From an uncultured Victivallales bacterium (GTDB lineage: Bacteria > Verrucomicrobiota > Lentisphaeria > Victivallales > UBA1829), in the NCBI GenBank assembly GCA_934661375.1, contig CAKUJH010000004.1, forward strand, positions 45,968 to 109,967: a DNA stretch of 64,000 nucleotides, read 5' to 3'. A program made the translations under genes and the position numbers. Below, piece after piece: positions 37,680-47,243 of the stretch. Every line of letters starts with the position of its first letter. Within the stretch, counting starts at the first letter, position 1. The notes under the pieces are model-generated. The model saw only the letters and a list, made by a program, of their open reading frames with translations, was not told the DNA's origin and searched no databases.

Positions 37680-39218
37680 TCAATTTTTCCGGTCAAACAG
37701 CAGCCATGACTGCTTGGGACGGCGGTATTCATCCAGCAATCCCTTGTTGTTGAATCCGCGCGGACGCATGACCTTGCCGGTTGTTCCGGTATAGGTGTTG
37801 GCATTGCAGAACAGCCACAGGATGACTCCGGACCACGCCGGATTCTTCTCTATGGAATCCATGACCGTATGAATATATTCGGTCTGATATTCCTCCGACC
37901 ACGGCGCGCCGCTGTGATCTCCGCAGATTGCCGCCGCTCCGATTTCGCTGATGATCCGGGGTTTGCCTGGAAATTTTTCCGCCAGAGAATCCAGAAATGC
38001 CGGAATTTCGGCAATTTTTTCTTCTCCGTACCAGGCAGGATAAACGTTCAACGCAATTATGTCCGTCAAATCCAGACAGCGGTCGGTATGGGGACGGTTC
38101 GAAGCAAAAGTTGCCGGCCGCGACGGGTCAATTTCATGACAGATGTTCATCAGCCGCCGGACCGCTTCGACTCCCGGTTCCGTATTGCTGGCGCATTCAT
38201 TCAGAAAACCGTGAATCAGCAGCGAAGGATGATTGATGGAAGTACGGATGGTCAGTTCCAGCTGTTCTGCCAGTGTATCCATGAATCTGCTGTCGGACAG
38301 ATCCTGAACGGGATTGCCCCAGGACAACGGTTCCTCCCAGACCAGGATGCCGAGCCGGTCGCACATTCGGAAGAAAAATTCCCGCTGCGGATAATGTGAA
38401 CCCCGGACAAAATTGAATCCGGCGCGTTTGATCTGGAGCAGATCCGACGCAATCAGGGACTCCGGGGTGGCGGGTCCGAATTCCGGATGACTTTCATGCC
38501 GGTTGACGCCGCGCAGCTGAAGTTTTTTTCCGTTCAATTTCAGATGATCGCCATGCCAGTCTATGGTCCGGATACCGAATTCTGTTTCTTTTCCGTTGAC
38601 GGTCAGTTTATGCAGGAACGGCGTTTCCGGACTCCATAACCGGAAATCCGGTACACGCAAACGGATTTTTGGTGCGGTTTTCATTTGAATTTCCGGCTGT
38701 TCATCGAAACGGATCGTCAGAACCGGGGCATCTGTTTCGACCCGGATTTCCACTTCGCCGGTTTCATGATTCAGCGGAATGACGGCAAGATACCGGATTT
38801 CTACCGGTTCAACCGGTTCAAGCGTAACGTGGTCATAGATTCCCCCGAAGCCGTAAAAATCATAATATTCACGGAACAGCGGATGTCCTTCCAGCAGGTT
38901 GTCCGTGCGGATGACCAGTTCATGTTCGCCGGCGGAAGCGGAAAATTCGGCGGTCAGCGGCGACCATGCCAATGCGCTTTCCGCGATCAGGTCCCCATCC
39001 CAGAAAACCGCCGCCCGGAGTCCGAAGGAACCGATCCGCAGACGCTGTCTGCCCTGCTGCACTTTCACTTTGCGGCGGTAATATGCGAAGCCGCGCTGAT
39101 TGAAACGCAATCCCATGGCATCGAAACAGCCGGGCACGCTTGCGACCGAAGAATATTCCGGCGTTTCTTCCAGGTTTTGGCAATAGGCAAAATCCCAGAT
39201 CCCATCCAGATTCAGCAT
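37680..39218 (-). CDS. Glycoside hydrolase family 2 (beta-glucuronidase/beta-galactosidase-like)
   Basis: I chose the ATG at 39218 (aggagg 6 nt upstream): MLNLDGIWDFAY... GH2 blocks GVNRHESHPEFG, NFVRGSHYPQ, LVWEE and SEIG. The track's 87-aa N-terminal extension is AT-rich non-coding-like sequence. Confidence 0.8.
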   Translation of the reverse strand: MLNLDGIWDFAYCQNLEETPEYSSVASVPGCFDAMGLRFNQRGFAYYRRKVKVQQGRQRLRIGSFGLRAAVFWDGDLIAESALAWSPLTAEFSASAGEHELVIRTDNLLEGHPLFREYYDFYGFGGIYDHVTLEPVEPVEIRYLAVIPLNHETGEVEIRVETDAPVLTIRFDEQPEIQMKTAPKIRLRVPDFRLWSPETPFLHKLTVNGKETEFGIRTIDWHGDHLKLNGKKLQLRGVNRHESHPEFGPATPESLIASDLLQIKRAGFNFVRGSHYPQREFFFRMCDRLGILVWEEPLSWGNPVQDLSDSRFMDTLAEQLELTIRTSINHPSLLIHGFLNECASNTEPGVEAVRRLMNICHEIDPSRPATFASNRPHTDRCLDLTDIIALNVYPAWYGEEKIAEIPAFLDSLAEKFPGKPRIISEIGAAAICGDHSGAPWSEEYQTEYIHTVMDSIEKNPAWSGVILWLFCNANTYTGTTGKVMRPRGFNNKGLLDEYRRPKQSWLLFDRKN

Positions 39219-39453
39219 GATGCACCTCCTGTATGACCAGTCATTTTGCGGGTGTTTTTTACGGAACAGCCAAAAAAGCAGCATGAAACTGTCTGGACTG
39301 TTCCCCGGTTGATTCTGGAGACTGTTTTCTTCATAATATTCCTTCCTGTAATGGATTATTGATTTGCTCTTTTTATAAATTAGGCTATATTTCATGGAAT
39401 TCAATCTGACAGAATGGTAAAATTGAAGCATGGAAAAGGAAAAAGGTAACAGA

Positions 39454-40245
39454 ATGGAAAATTTACGGGATTTCGTCATGGCAACCGGCTGGCGGGAAAC
39501 GGGATTCTATGTGCGCGGCACCGGACATTTCATCATTTCCGAACGCGAACCGGATAAGTATGCGGATTTCGGAGAAATATTCTGGTGCATTGCCGGATGC
39601 GGAAAATTCAGAGCCGCCAGCGGAATCCGGTATGATCTGCTGCCCGGCAATGTCTGGTATTATCCGCCCCGGTCGCAGCATGTGATTGACCCGCAGCCCG
39701 CGGGATTCAATTACCGGTGGCTTTCCATTGACGGATCCGATGCCGGAATGTTGTTCAAGGCGATGAAAATCCGTCCGGGCATCAATCCGGCGGGGGCTTG
39801 TCCCGAACAGCTTTTCGCCAATATTGAACTGGAACTGCAGAATACCACGTCCCATTCCCAGATGCGCGCTCTGACTTCCGCATTCGAAATCCTGACCATG
39901 ATCACTGCTCCGCAAACGGAAAAACGGCCGATGCTGGAAAAAATCCGGACCCTGATTCATAAAAATTATGCCATGCCGGATCTGAATGTTGCCCGGATCG
40001 CCGATCTTTTCCATATTCACCGGGTAACTTTATCCCGGACTTTCAAACAGGCATACGGCATATCGCCCGGCGATTATCTGAATTCCATACGGCTGCAGGC
40101 TGGAATCCGTCTGCTGAAAGAATCCTGCATGTCCATCAAGGATATTGCCGCCGCCTGCGGTTATTCTTCCGGCAGTTACTTCGGAAAAGTATTGATGTTC
40201 CGGACCGGGTACACTCCGAAACATTTCCGGAAAATGATGAAGTGA
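39454..40245 (+). CDS. AraC-family transcriptional regulator, divergent from the GH2 gene
   Basis: HTH blocks VARIADLFHIHRVTLSRTFK and YLNSIRLQAGIRLLKES..IKDIAAACGYSSGSYFGKVL. The start is either 39454 (aagg-type RBS) or 39430. Confidence 0.75.
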   Translation: MENLRDFVMATGWRETGFYVRGTGHFIISEREPDKYADFGEIFWCIAGCGKFRAASGIRYDLLPGNVWYYPPRSQHVIDPQPAGFNYRWLSIDGSDAGMLFKAMKIRPGINPAGACPEQLFANIELELQNTTSHSQMRALTSAFEILTMITAPQTEKRPMLEKIRTLIHKNYAMPDLNVARIADLFHIHRVTLSRTFKQAYGISPGDYLNSIRLQAGIRLLKESCMSIKDIAAACGYSSGSYFGKVLMFRTGYTPKHFRKMMK

Positions 40246-40320
40246 GTATTCGGAGGAAATAAAAAAATTCCCCGGCTGCACTGTCATAGACGGAACCGCC
40301 GGAGAATTGAAAGGGAAAGA

Positions 40321-43300
40321 TTATCTGCCGCTTTTGAGCTGTTCCTGGATTCTGGAAAATTCAGGAGTGCTGTTTCTGCGCGGCCATTCCTTCGCAGACG
40401 GCAGTATTTTGTTGAAGCGCAAACCGATACAGTAAACGCTCTCCTGTCCGGAAGAATCCCGCAGGTACAGCGGCACATAAAGCAGTTTTGCCGCAGAATC
40501 ATAAACTGCGCCCGGCGTCAGCCAGAGCCGGATCGCCGCCCAGTCATGTTCCACGGAAACCGTCAGTTCCGGAGTTCCTTTGACGGAATAATTCATGAAG
40601 GAGAAGGCAATGCGTCTTACGGCGGCATCGCCGTCCAGCAGGAAACGTTCCTTGCCGGCTCCTTCCGTCCGGGTGTTCACGGGAGCCGCGCCTTCCGCCG
40701 CGACGGTCAGATAACGGTATCTGAGCCATGCCGGAGTTTTTCCCGGCGCGATGGCGGCACACATCCGTTTCTGAATATCCGCGGGGAGTACAACGATGCT
40801 CCAGCGCAAGGGTTTCAGGGTATTGGTCAAGGCGTCGGCAATGGTTCCGGCGCGTTCACACCAGACCCGATCCGCCGCAGTGAAACGGGGATCCGGAGGA
40901 AGCTGATGAATGCGCTGTCCGGCGTTTTTGGCGGAGGCGGGTTCCGTTTTCTGCGGCGGCAGAAATTCCAGGAACCGTTTCAGATCGCCGGCTGACAATG
41001 CTGTCCCGGAAGCGTCTGCGCAAAGCGGAAAACGCTGAATCATGCCGATGCAGTCGGCATATTGTTTTGCCCGCGCCGTGACGGCATTCTGACGGAGCAG
41101 CGCGCAGGCGTCCTCGACATAATGAGTCCACCAGCCGATGTTGCCGGCTTCATTTTTCCCTTGCACGATGGAATAATTCAGCGCGAATTGTTCTTCCGGC
41201 AGAACGGAAATGACGTTCCAGGCTTCAAGCGGATTTTTGGGAAGCGCATTCCAGTTGGCAACTACCCGGAGACAGGTTTCCGTGTAATGCGGAGTCAGGA
41301 CCGCCATGACACCGGCAAATTCGCCGATGGTCTGGTCGCGGAGTTTCCGGTTGGCGGGAGAAAGCAGTTCCGCCGGAATTTCCGCAAGATGCCGCCGCAG
41401 GGTTTCATAAACCGTACCGAGAATGGCGTTGGTGCGGTACGCTTTGAGCGTGGCATTTCTGTCCTGGAAATCCTGATAGCTGGCGGGATGGAAGCCCAGC
41501 GTATCCGGATAATTCCGCCAGTAGGCAATATATTCCGTAAGATAGGAATCGAAGGCATTGCGGATATCCTTGATTCGTGTCGGAACCTGAATGGTTCCGG
41601 TGTTTCCTTTGGGCGAAGCTGCGGTTTTCGCCAGCAGAGCCGCGGCGTTCTGCATCAGCGGCAAAGCGGCTTCGGGGTCGAAATCCTGACGGTATTCCAG
41701 TTTTCCGACAGACTGTCCTGCCAGTTCCGGCGGAATCCGGAAAACATTTTCCTGCTGTCTGGTGCCGGCGATCCGGTTGCGCAGGGTTTCTCCGGAGGCG
41801 GGCAGACGTCCAGCCTCTTCATTCAGCAGTTTCCAGCGGGAATACTGCATGGCGGCATTCATGGCACTGCGTTCCGAAACAATCAGGGAGTCGTCTTTGC
41901 CCAGGGCGTCTCCGCAGATTGCCGCAAACCAGTCAAAGGCGGACTGCTGTTCTTTCAGCTTCTGCTCATTGGCTTCCCAGTTCTGCTGAAAACCGTTTTT
42001 GCCGGATTTTTCCTGATGCAGCGGCGCGGCAGCCAGTTCGCGCAGACGGATGGACAACTGAGCCAGAGTCATCGGACCGATGGAATCGGCAGCGGTTTTT
42101 TTGATGCCGACCGGACGCATACAAAGCTGATAGAACTGCGGCATCCGTTCTTTCTGAACTGCGGTGTCTGCGTTAATGGCATTCAGCACCGTTTTGCGCC
42201 AGAGTTCGATTTTTTCCTGCTGCATGGAGGTGTTTCCCCGTGCCGGATTCCGGGCGGATGCGGCTGCGGACAGCGCTTTGTAATCCTGTTCGAGCAGATC
42301 GCGGAACGAGGCGACCGCCTGGTTCAGGATCGTGATTCCGTGATCCTTGTAATCCAAAATTCCGGATTTGACCGCAGAACTGTTCTGGCCATTCATCGGG
42401 AAAAGCTGTTTGCCGGTCCGGATGAATTCCTCGGTCAGCGCGCTTCGCTGTTTCAGGTTTGCCTGAAGCTGTTCCGGTGCGATATTGGCAGGCGAGACGA
42501 TCTGCTGGCGGAGCTGTTTGTCCAATTCCGAAAAACGAAGGACATTCTGCAGATGTTCGCGCAGCTGTCCGTATTTGCTTTCCGGATAAATGTTCAGATT
42601 CTGCCATGCCTGCATCAGACGTTCTGCGCCGTAGCGGCAGGAACGGCTGAAATCCTTGGAAAACAGGAAGATGTTGTCCGTCATGGAGCTGGTCGTGCGG
42701 TCTTCCGCGTAAGAGGCAAAGTACGCCAGCGAGGCTTCGCTGATGTCCGGGTCCAGATAACGCATGAAATCCGCAATGCTTCTGTTGTCCCGGTCTTTGC
42801 GGTCGTGCGAGAAGAGATACCAGGGTTTCTTTTTCAGGGTTCTGCTCCGGATGAATTCCCGGATGACCGCGCCTTCCGCGGCGGAAACCGTTTTGTCTGC
42901 CGGGGTTTTCAGCAGTTCCTGTTCGGCGATTTGAATCATGGGTTCCATCAGCATGTTGGAAAGGATTCCGTTGTGGATGATTTCCCGTTCGGCGTACCCC
43001 ATATCGGTGAATGAGCCGAAAAGCAGGAATGAGGAAAGCCGGAAGGCGAACGGCGGTTTGACCGGAGTGGTCAGCATATCGTATTCCGATGCAAACAGGT
43101 TCATCCGGAGGATTGAGCTTTCCCCGGAAAGCGGCAGGGTCGCCGTCAGTTCCCAGGAATTTTCACCGTCGGGTACGATCAGCGGCGACTTTTTCAGTGT
43201 GCCGTCGCGGAGTTTTTCGGCAATGAACTTGTAATATCCGGTCTGCGTTTTCAGGTTGCGGCTGATCTGCGGACTGACATATAAGCCGCTGAGCAGGAAG

Positions 43301-44643
43301 GTCAGCCCCATGCCGAGCAGAATCAGACTGACCAGATAGTACGGAATATTGCGGCGGAAGCGTTCCGCGGCGGTGAATTCCGCCAGGTCTCGCCGGCAGA
43401 AGATGAAATTATGCAGCAGACTGCGGATGAACGCGCCCTGCCGTTCCGGACGCGGCTGTTTGATGACCGGCGCATCGTCCACGTTTTTTCCGAGGGCGGA
43501 GGCATATTCGGCATCCAGACAGACCCCGGCGTCTTCCGCGGAGGTGAAGAACACGCCGGACAGGATTGCTTTTTCCGAAGCATGGAGGTTTTCTGTGCCG
43601 AACAGACTTTTGAGATAAAGGGACAGCACCGGTTTCAGGGAATTGAAACTTTCCGGGAAGGTGAAAATATCCCCCGCGGCTGCACCGCGTTCCGCGCCGG
43701 ATGCATCATGCACCTGACGCGACAGCATACCGGAAAGCCGTCCTTCGCAAAGACGGTTTATGACTTTTTCCCAGAAGCTGTCAAAATCCGCGGCGGAAAA
43801 CGTTCCGGCATGTTCGCAGTTCCAGCCGAACACATCATTCCGGAAAGCATCTTTGGCATTGTCGAAATATTCACGGAATCCGACCAGCATGTCGCATTTG
43901 GTCACGACCACCCAGCAGGGCAGGAGCATCCCGACGGAACGGATCAGCCGGTTCAGTTCCGAGGCGATCAGCAGAGCTTTTTTCCGGACCTGCGATTCTT
44001 CATCCGCCAGCAGGGCGTCTGCGGGAATCGTCAGAATGATTCCGTCCAGCGGATGTTTCGCATGTTTTTTCCGGATCAGCTTGACAATCTTTGCCCATTC
44101 TGCGCCGGAGCCGTTCATCCATCTGTCGAAGAAAACCCGTCCGGCGACATCCAGCACCACCGCCTGCGGTGTTGTCCAGAAACGGAGAGGTACCGATTCC
44201 CCTTCCTGCTGATTTTTGTCTTCTTCAACGGAGACGCGGGTATCCATCTGACATTTCCGCAGCAGGGAGGATTTGCCGCAGGATGGTTCGCCGAGCAGCA
44301 TAAACCAGGGCAGGTCATAAGGCTTCCGTTCCAGTTCGGACAGCATTTTCATGCCGCGCCGGAAAAGACCGGGGATCATTGCCGTCCGGACCGTTACCGT
44401 CTCGCGGACAGAGTCTGCACTGTCTCCGCCGCGGGCGAGGCGGTTCAGATTTTTCCATGCCATGAGATCGTCTTTGAGTTTGGCGGTTTCCTTGTTCTTT
44501 GCATGATTTGCGCGGAATTTCCGGTACAGCGGAAGGCACACTCCGAAGACCAGAAGCAGCAGAATGACAAATCCTGCAAGAAGGAGCAGCCAATGCTCTC
44601 CGCACCAGTTGATGAATGTATTGCCGGTTGCTGTCTGATTCAT
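40321..44643 (-). CDS. tssM: T6SS membrane-complex protein TssM (IcmF)
   Basis: 1440 aa. An N-terminal hydrophobic segment, Walker A LLGEPSCGKSSLL, a second TM segment (NIPYYLVSLILLGMGLTFLLSGLYV), and a long periplasmic region. It is the last gene of the T6SS operon. The ATG overlaps the tssL stop as ATGA. Confidence 0.85.
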   Translation of the reverse strand: MNQTATGNTFINWCGEHWLLLLAGFVILLLLVFGVCLPLYRKFRANHAKNKETAKLKDDLMAWKNLNRLARGGDSADSVRETVTVRTAMIPGLFRRGMKMLSELERKPYDLPWFMLLGEPSCGKSSLLRKCQMDTRVSVEEDKNQQEGESVPLRFWTTPQAVVLDVAGRVFFDRWMNGSGAEWAKIVKLIRKKHAKHPLDGIILTIPADALLADEESQVRKKALLIASELNRLIRSVGMLLPCWVVVTKCDMLVGFREYFDNAKDAFRNDVFGWNCEHAGTFSAADFDSFWEKVINRLCEGRLSGMLSRQVHDASGAERGAAAGDIFTFPESFNSLKPVLSLYLKSLFGTENLHASEKAILSGVFFTSAEDAGVCLDAEYASALGKNVDDAPVIKQPRPERQGAFIRSLLHNFIFCRRDLAEFTAAERFRRNIPYYLVSLILLGMGLTFLLSGLYVSPQISRNLKTQTGYYKFIAEKLRDGTLKKSPLIVPDGENSWELTATLPLSGESSILRMNLFASEYDMLTTPVKPPFAFRLSSFLLFGSFTDMGYAEREIIHNGILSNMLMEPMIQIAEQELLKTPADKTVSAAEGAVIREFIRSRTLKKKPWYLFSHDRKDRDNRSIADFMRYLDPDISEASLAYFASYAEDRTTSSMTDNIFLFSKDFSRSCRYGAERLMQAWQNLNIYPESKYGQLREHLQNVLRFSELDKQLRQQIVSPANIAPEQLQANLKQRSALTEEFIRTGKQLFPMNGQNSSAVKSGILDYKDHGITILNQAVASFRDLLEQDYKALSAAASARNPARGNTSMQQEKIELWRKTVLNAINADTAVQKERMPQFYQLCMRPVGIKKTAADSIGPMTLAQLSIRLRELAAAPLHQEKSGKNGFQQNWEANEQKLKEQQSAFDWFAAICGDALGKDDSLIVSERSAMNAAMQYSRWKLLNEEAGRLPASGETLRNRIAGTRQQENVFRIPPELAGQSVGKLEYRQDFDPEAALPLMQNAAALLAKTAASPKGNTGTIQVPTRIKDIRNAFDSYLTEYIAYWRNYPDTLGFHPASYQDFQDRNATLKAYRTNAILGTVYETLRRHLAEIPAELLSPANRKLRDQTIGEFAGVMAVLTPHYTETCLRVVANWNALPKNPLEAWNVISVLPEEQFALNYSIVQGKNEAGNIGWWTHYVEDACALLRQNAVTARAKQYADCIGMIQRFPLCADASGTALSAGDLKRFLEFLPPQKTEPASAKNAGQRIHQLPPDPRFTAADRVWCERAGTIADALTNTLKPLRWSIVVLPADIQKRMCAAIAPGKTPAWLRYRYLTVAAEGAAPVNTRTEGAGKERFLLDGDAAVRRIAFSFMNYSVKGTPELTVSVEHDWAAIRLWLTPGAVYDSAAKLLYVPLYLRDSSGQESVYCIGLRFNKILPSAKEWPRRNSTPEFSRIQEQLKSGR

Positions 44644-45377
44644 TTTCTTTCTCCTGCGGCGGACTGGTCAAGGCTGTCCGCTGTTTTTTCCGAATCCGTG
44701 GAAATGGATGTTGCATAGACTGCGCTGTTCAATGTGCTGCGGTATTCCAGCGTTGCTTTCCGCAGAGCCGCATAATTGTAGATCAGACAGCCCAGCGCGA
44801 ATACGAAGCAGCAAAGAAGAATCCAGAGCGCGGCGCCTGCGGAATGTTTCCGGGGACGTCCGGGTTTCGTGTTTTCTGCCGGATACGGAGTAACCGGCTC
44901 CGAAACCGGGTTGAAATTATGGGCGAACCGCGCGGCGCAGAGCCGCATCCGGTGTTCGATGTATCCGGGATCGCCGCGGTGAACACCGTCGAATCCCAGT
45001 CCCATCATGAAGAAAAATTCTTCCAGACGGTTGTCCGATTCCGGGTCGTCGATGGTCTCCGCCAGCAGTTCAAAGAATTTTTCGTCGCCGGAAAGTTCCT
45101 TGTATCTGCGGGCGAGCAGCGGCCATTCTGCGGAAAACGGCAGATTGCCTTCCTTCACCATATAGTCAATGAAGAAAAGCAGCGGTTTCTCGATCCGGGC
45201 ATATTCCCGCGCCAGAATGTCATCGGCGGCGAGGGTCAGACGGATGGCATCGAACCGGAGTTCCAGTTCATGCTGGAACGATTCCATGGACGGTGCCGCA
45301 CCTGCGGCTGCCCGCCGGCGTGTTTCGCATACAAGCAGAAGAACCGGACGGCATAATTTTTCAAGTCGGCTGCCCAT
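44640..45377 (-). CDS. tssL: T6SS membrane-complex protein TssL (DotU family), with no peptidoglycan-binding extension
   Basis: I chose the ATG at 45377 (aaggagg RBS). DotU-like blocks PLLFFIDYMV, EWPLLARRY, FFELL and FFFMMGLGFDG, plus a C-terminal TM segment ALWILLCCFVFALGCLIY. Confidence 0.8.
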   Translation of the reverse strand: MGSRLEKLCRPVLLLVCETRRRAAAGAAPSMESFQHELELRFDAIRLTLAADDILAREYARIEKPLLFFIDYMVKEGNLPFSAEWPLLARRYKELSGDEKFFELLAETIDDPESDNRLEEFFFMMGLGFDGVHRGDPGYIEHRMRLCAARFAHNFNPVSEPVTPYPAENTKPGRPRKHSAGAALWILLCCFVFALGCLIYNYAALRKATLEYRSTLNSAVYATSISTDSEKTADSLDQSAAGERK

Positions 45378-46734
45378 TTGCGCCTCCTTTGGTGTTGATG
45401 GTGATGTAAAGCGAGGCTTCCAGCTGCGGGAACGATTCGGCGGCATAGTCGATGGCTGCGGCGTTTTCCGCAATAATGTCGTTCCAGATCCGGGCGGATT
45501 CATGCCGTTTCAGCAGAAACCACAGTGTATTCGGCAGGGACGGCAGACAGCGCGGCGGATAATGCAGTTCCTGGAGTCTGACGCCGCGGACCCGTCCGGC
45601 GAGAGCGGAGGGATTCACCAGCTTGAATTCATCGCCCAGTTCCAGTGCATTCACAATTTTTCGGGAGTCGGCGGAACAGCTGACCGCCAGATAATATTCG
45701 CCGGCGGAGGCAAGGCGTTCCGCATCCAGCCGGGCAACCGGAACTCCGTCCTTGTCAGCAAAGTCGATTTTGACAAAGCCCAGTCCGCCGCCGGCAAGAA
45801 TCAGGGCGCGGATTCCGTGGAACAATGCCTGAAAAGCCGGCGCGGCGTCCGGATGCCGGTACGACGGAACCGGTTCGAAAATCCGTTCCGGGTGCAGGGC
45901 GCAGAGCTCGCCGAACAGTACGGACAGTTCCCGGTACAATCCAAACGGATCTGTGGAGCAGGGTTCCAGTGCCGCCTCAAACCGAGCCAGCGCCATGTTG
46001 ACACAACGGAGCTGAAGCATATTGTAGAGATTGGTTCCGGACAGGGTTTCGGGCGAACAGCCGGATTCGGACAGATCGCTGACCAGACGGTCGCGCCGCT
46101 GCCGGAGTTCCCAGACCAGATCCGTCAGCTGCGCATACAGCGGACAGTCCGGGGTAAGACGCAGGAACGGCGGCAGATAGTCCGGGTCGGCAGCCAGTGC
46201 TGTTCCGGATGCTCCCTGTGCCACTCGAACCAGCCGCAGAACCGGCAGCAGTACCATGTCTTTGGCATCTCCCGCCACCAGCCGCACGTTGGGGACGCGG
46301 CGGACCAGTGAAATCTCATTTTCGCCGGAATTTTCATCCCGTACGAGTTTTTCCCGAACCAGAAATGCCCGTTTGTCGTTTTCCGATTCACCGAGGTTCC
46401 CTTCGTGTTCGGAATAACGCGGAATGGCAAGGTGAATCAGAATTCCGCCTTCACCGATTTCCTGTTTTGACACATCCAGTGGCTGGAGCACCGAATTGCC
46501 CGGCATACTGACGCAGGTCCCGTCCGGCATGACGGCGGAAAGCCGCAGAAACTGAATTCTGCCGCCCCGGAGCGCATCGGTGTTCAGTTCGTAATCCAGC
46601 AGTCCGTACGGGAAAGCATGGAAAATTTCGCGGTCCTTGTGGAGCGCATCCGCTCCGTATTTCTGAAGCTGCTGAAAATGGTGCGGCTGAATAAACAGAC
46701 CGTCCGACCAGAATATTTGTTCATCAAATCTCAT
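45361..46734 (-). CDS. tssK: T6SS baseplate protein TssK
   Basis: The N-terminus IFWSDGLFIQPHHFQQLQKY is the canonical TssK signature. 457 aa. Confidence 0.9.
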   Translation of the reverse strand: MRFDEQIFWSDGLFIQPHHFQQLQKYGADALHKDREIFHAFPYGLLDYELNTDALRGGRIQFLRLSAVMPDGTCVSMPGNSVLQPLDVSKQEIGEGGILIHLAIPRYSEHEGNLGESENDKRAFLVREKLVRDENSGENEISLVRRVPNVRLVAGDAKDMVLLPVLRLVRVAQGASGTALAADPDYLPPFLRLTPDCPLYAQLTDLVWELRQRRDRLVSDLSESGCSPETLSGTNLYNMLQLRCVNMALARFEAALEPCSTDPFGLYRELSVLFGELCALHPERIFEPVPSYRHPDAAPAFQALFHGIRALILAGGGLGFVKIDFADKDGVPVARLDAERLASAGEYYLAVSCSADSRKIVNALELGDEFKLVNPSALAGRVRGVRLQELHYPPRCLPSLPNTLWFLLKRHESARIWNDIIAENAAAIDYAAESFPQLEASLYITINTKGGANGQPT

Positions 46735-46751
46735 GGTAATTCCTTTTTCGG

Positions 46752-47225
46752 TTATTTTTCACTCCGGATCAGCCCGGACGGCGTTATGCGGAAATGCAGG
46801 GTTTTCCTGAATAAAAATGATTTATCGTATTTCACGGAAATTCTGCGTCCGTCTGCTTTCAGATCGCCCCGGATCGGCAGGTTGACATACAGAATCAGTT
46901 CATCCGGGGATTTTTCCGCCCAGCGGTCCCAGCAGTCCGCACTGCCGGAAAGGGTCCGGGTGCGGAGCGTGTATTGGGAAAACGTCAGCGTCTCCGGACG
47001 AAGAGATGTCCGCATCGGACTGTCCGGCTCGAAGTAGAAATCCACATCCGCATTGCCGGCGCGTCTGGCTTCATCGCCGCCGGTCGCCGCTATATCCACT
47101 TCCAGCGACGGGCATATTCCGAAATGTTTTTCCACTTCCGGCGCGACCGTGACTTCCACATTGGGGGAAAGACAGCCGCAAAGCAGCAGCGCCAGCACTC
47201 CCGGTACCAGTATTTTTATTTTCAT
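46752..47225 (-). CDS. tssJ: T6SS outer-membrane lipoprotein TssJ (assigned by position and lipobox)
   Basis: 157 aa. MKIKILVPGVLALLLCGCLS lipobox. ggagg RBS. It lies immediately upstream of tssK-tssL-tssM. Confidence 0.6.
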   Translation of the reverse strand: MKIKILVPGVLALLLCGCLSPNVEVTVAPEVEKHFGICPSLEVDIAATGGDEARRAGNADVDFYFEPDSPMRTSLRPETLTFSQYTLRTRTLSGSADCWDRWAEKSPDELILYVNLPIRGDLKADGRRISVKYDKSFLFRKTLHFRITPSGLIRSEK

Positions 47226-47243
47226 GACAACCTCCGTTCCGTA

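Noticed and set aside
40246-40320. A possible terminator hairpin between the convergent AraC gene and tssM (ttccccggc ... gccggagaa).
   Set aside because: The stem has a mismatch, the loop is ~21 nt, and no U-tract follows on either strand. The evidence is too weak to call.
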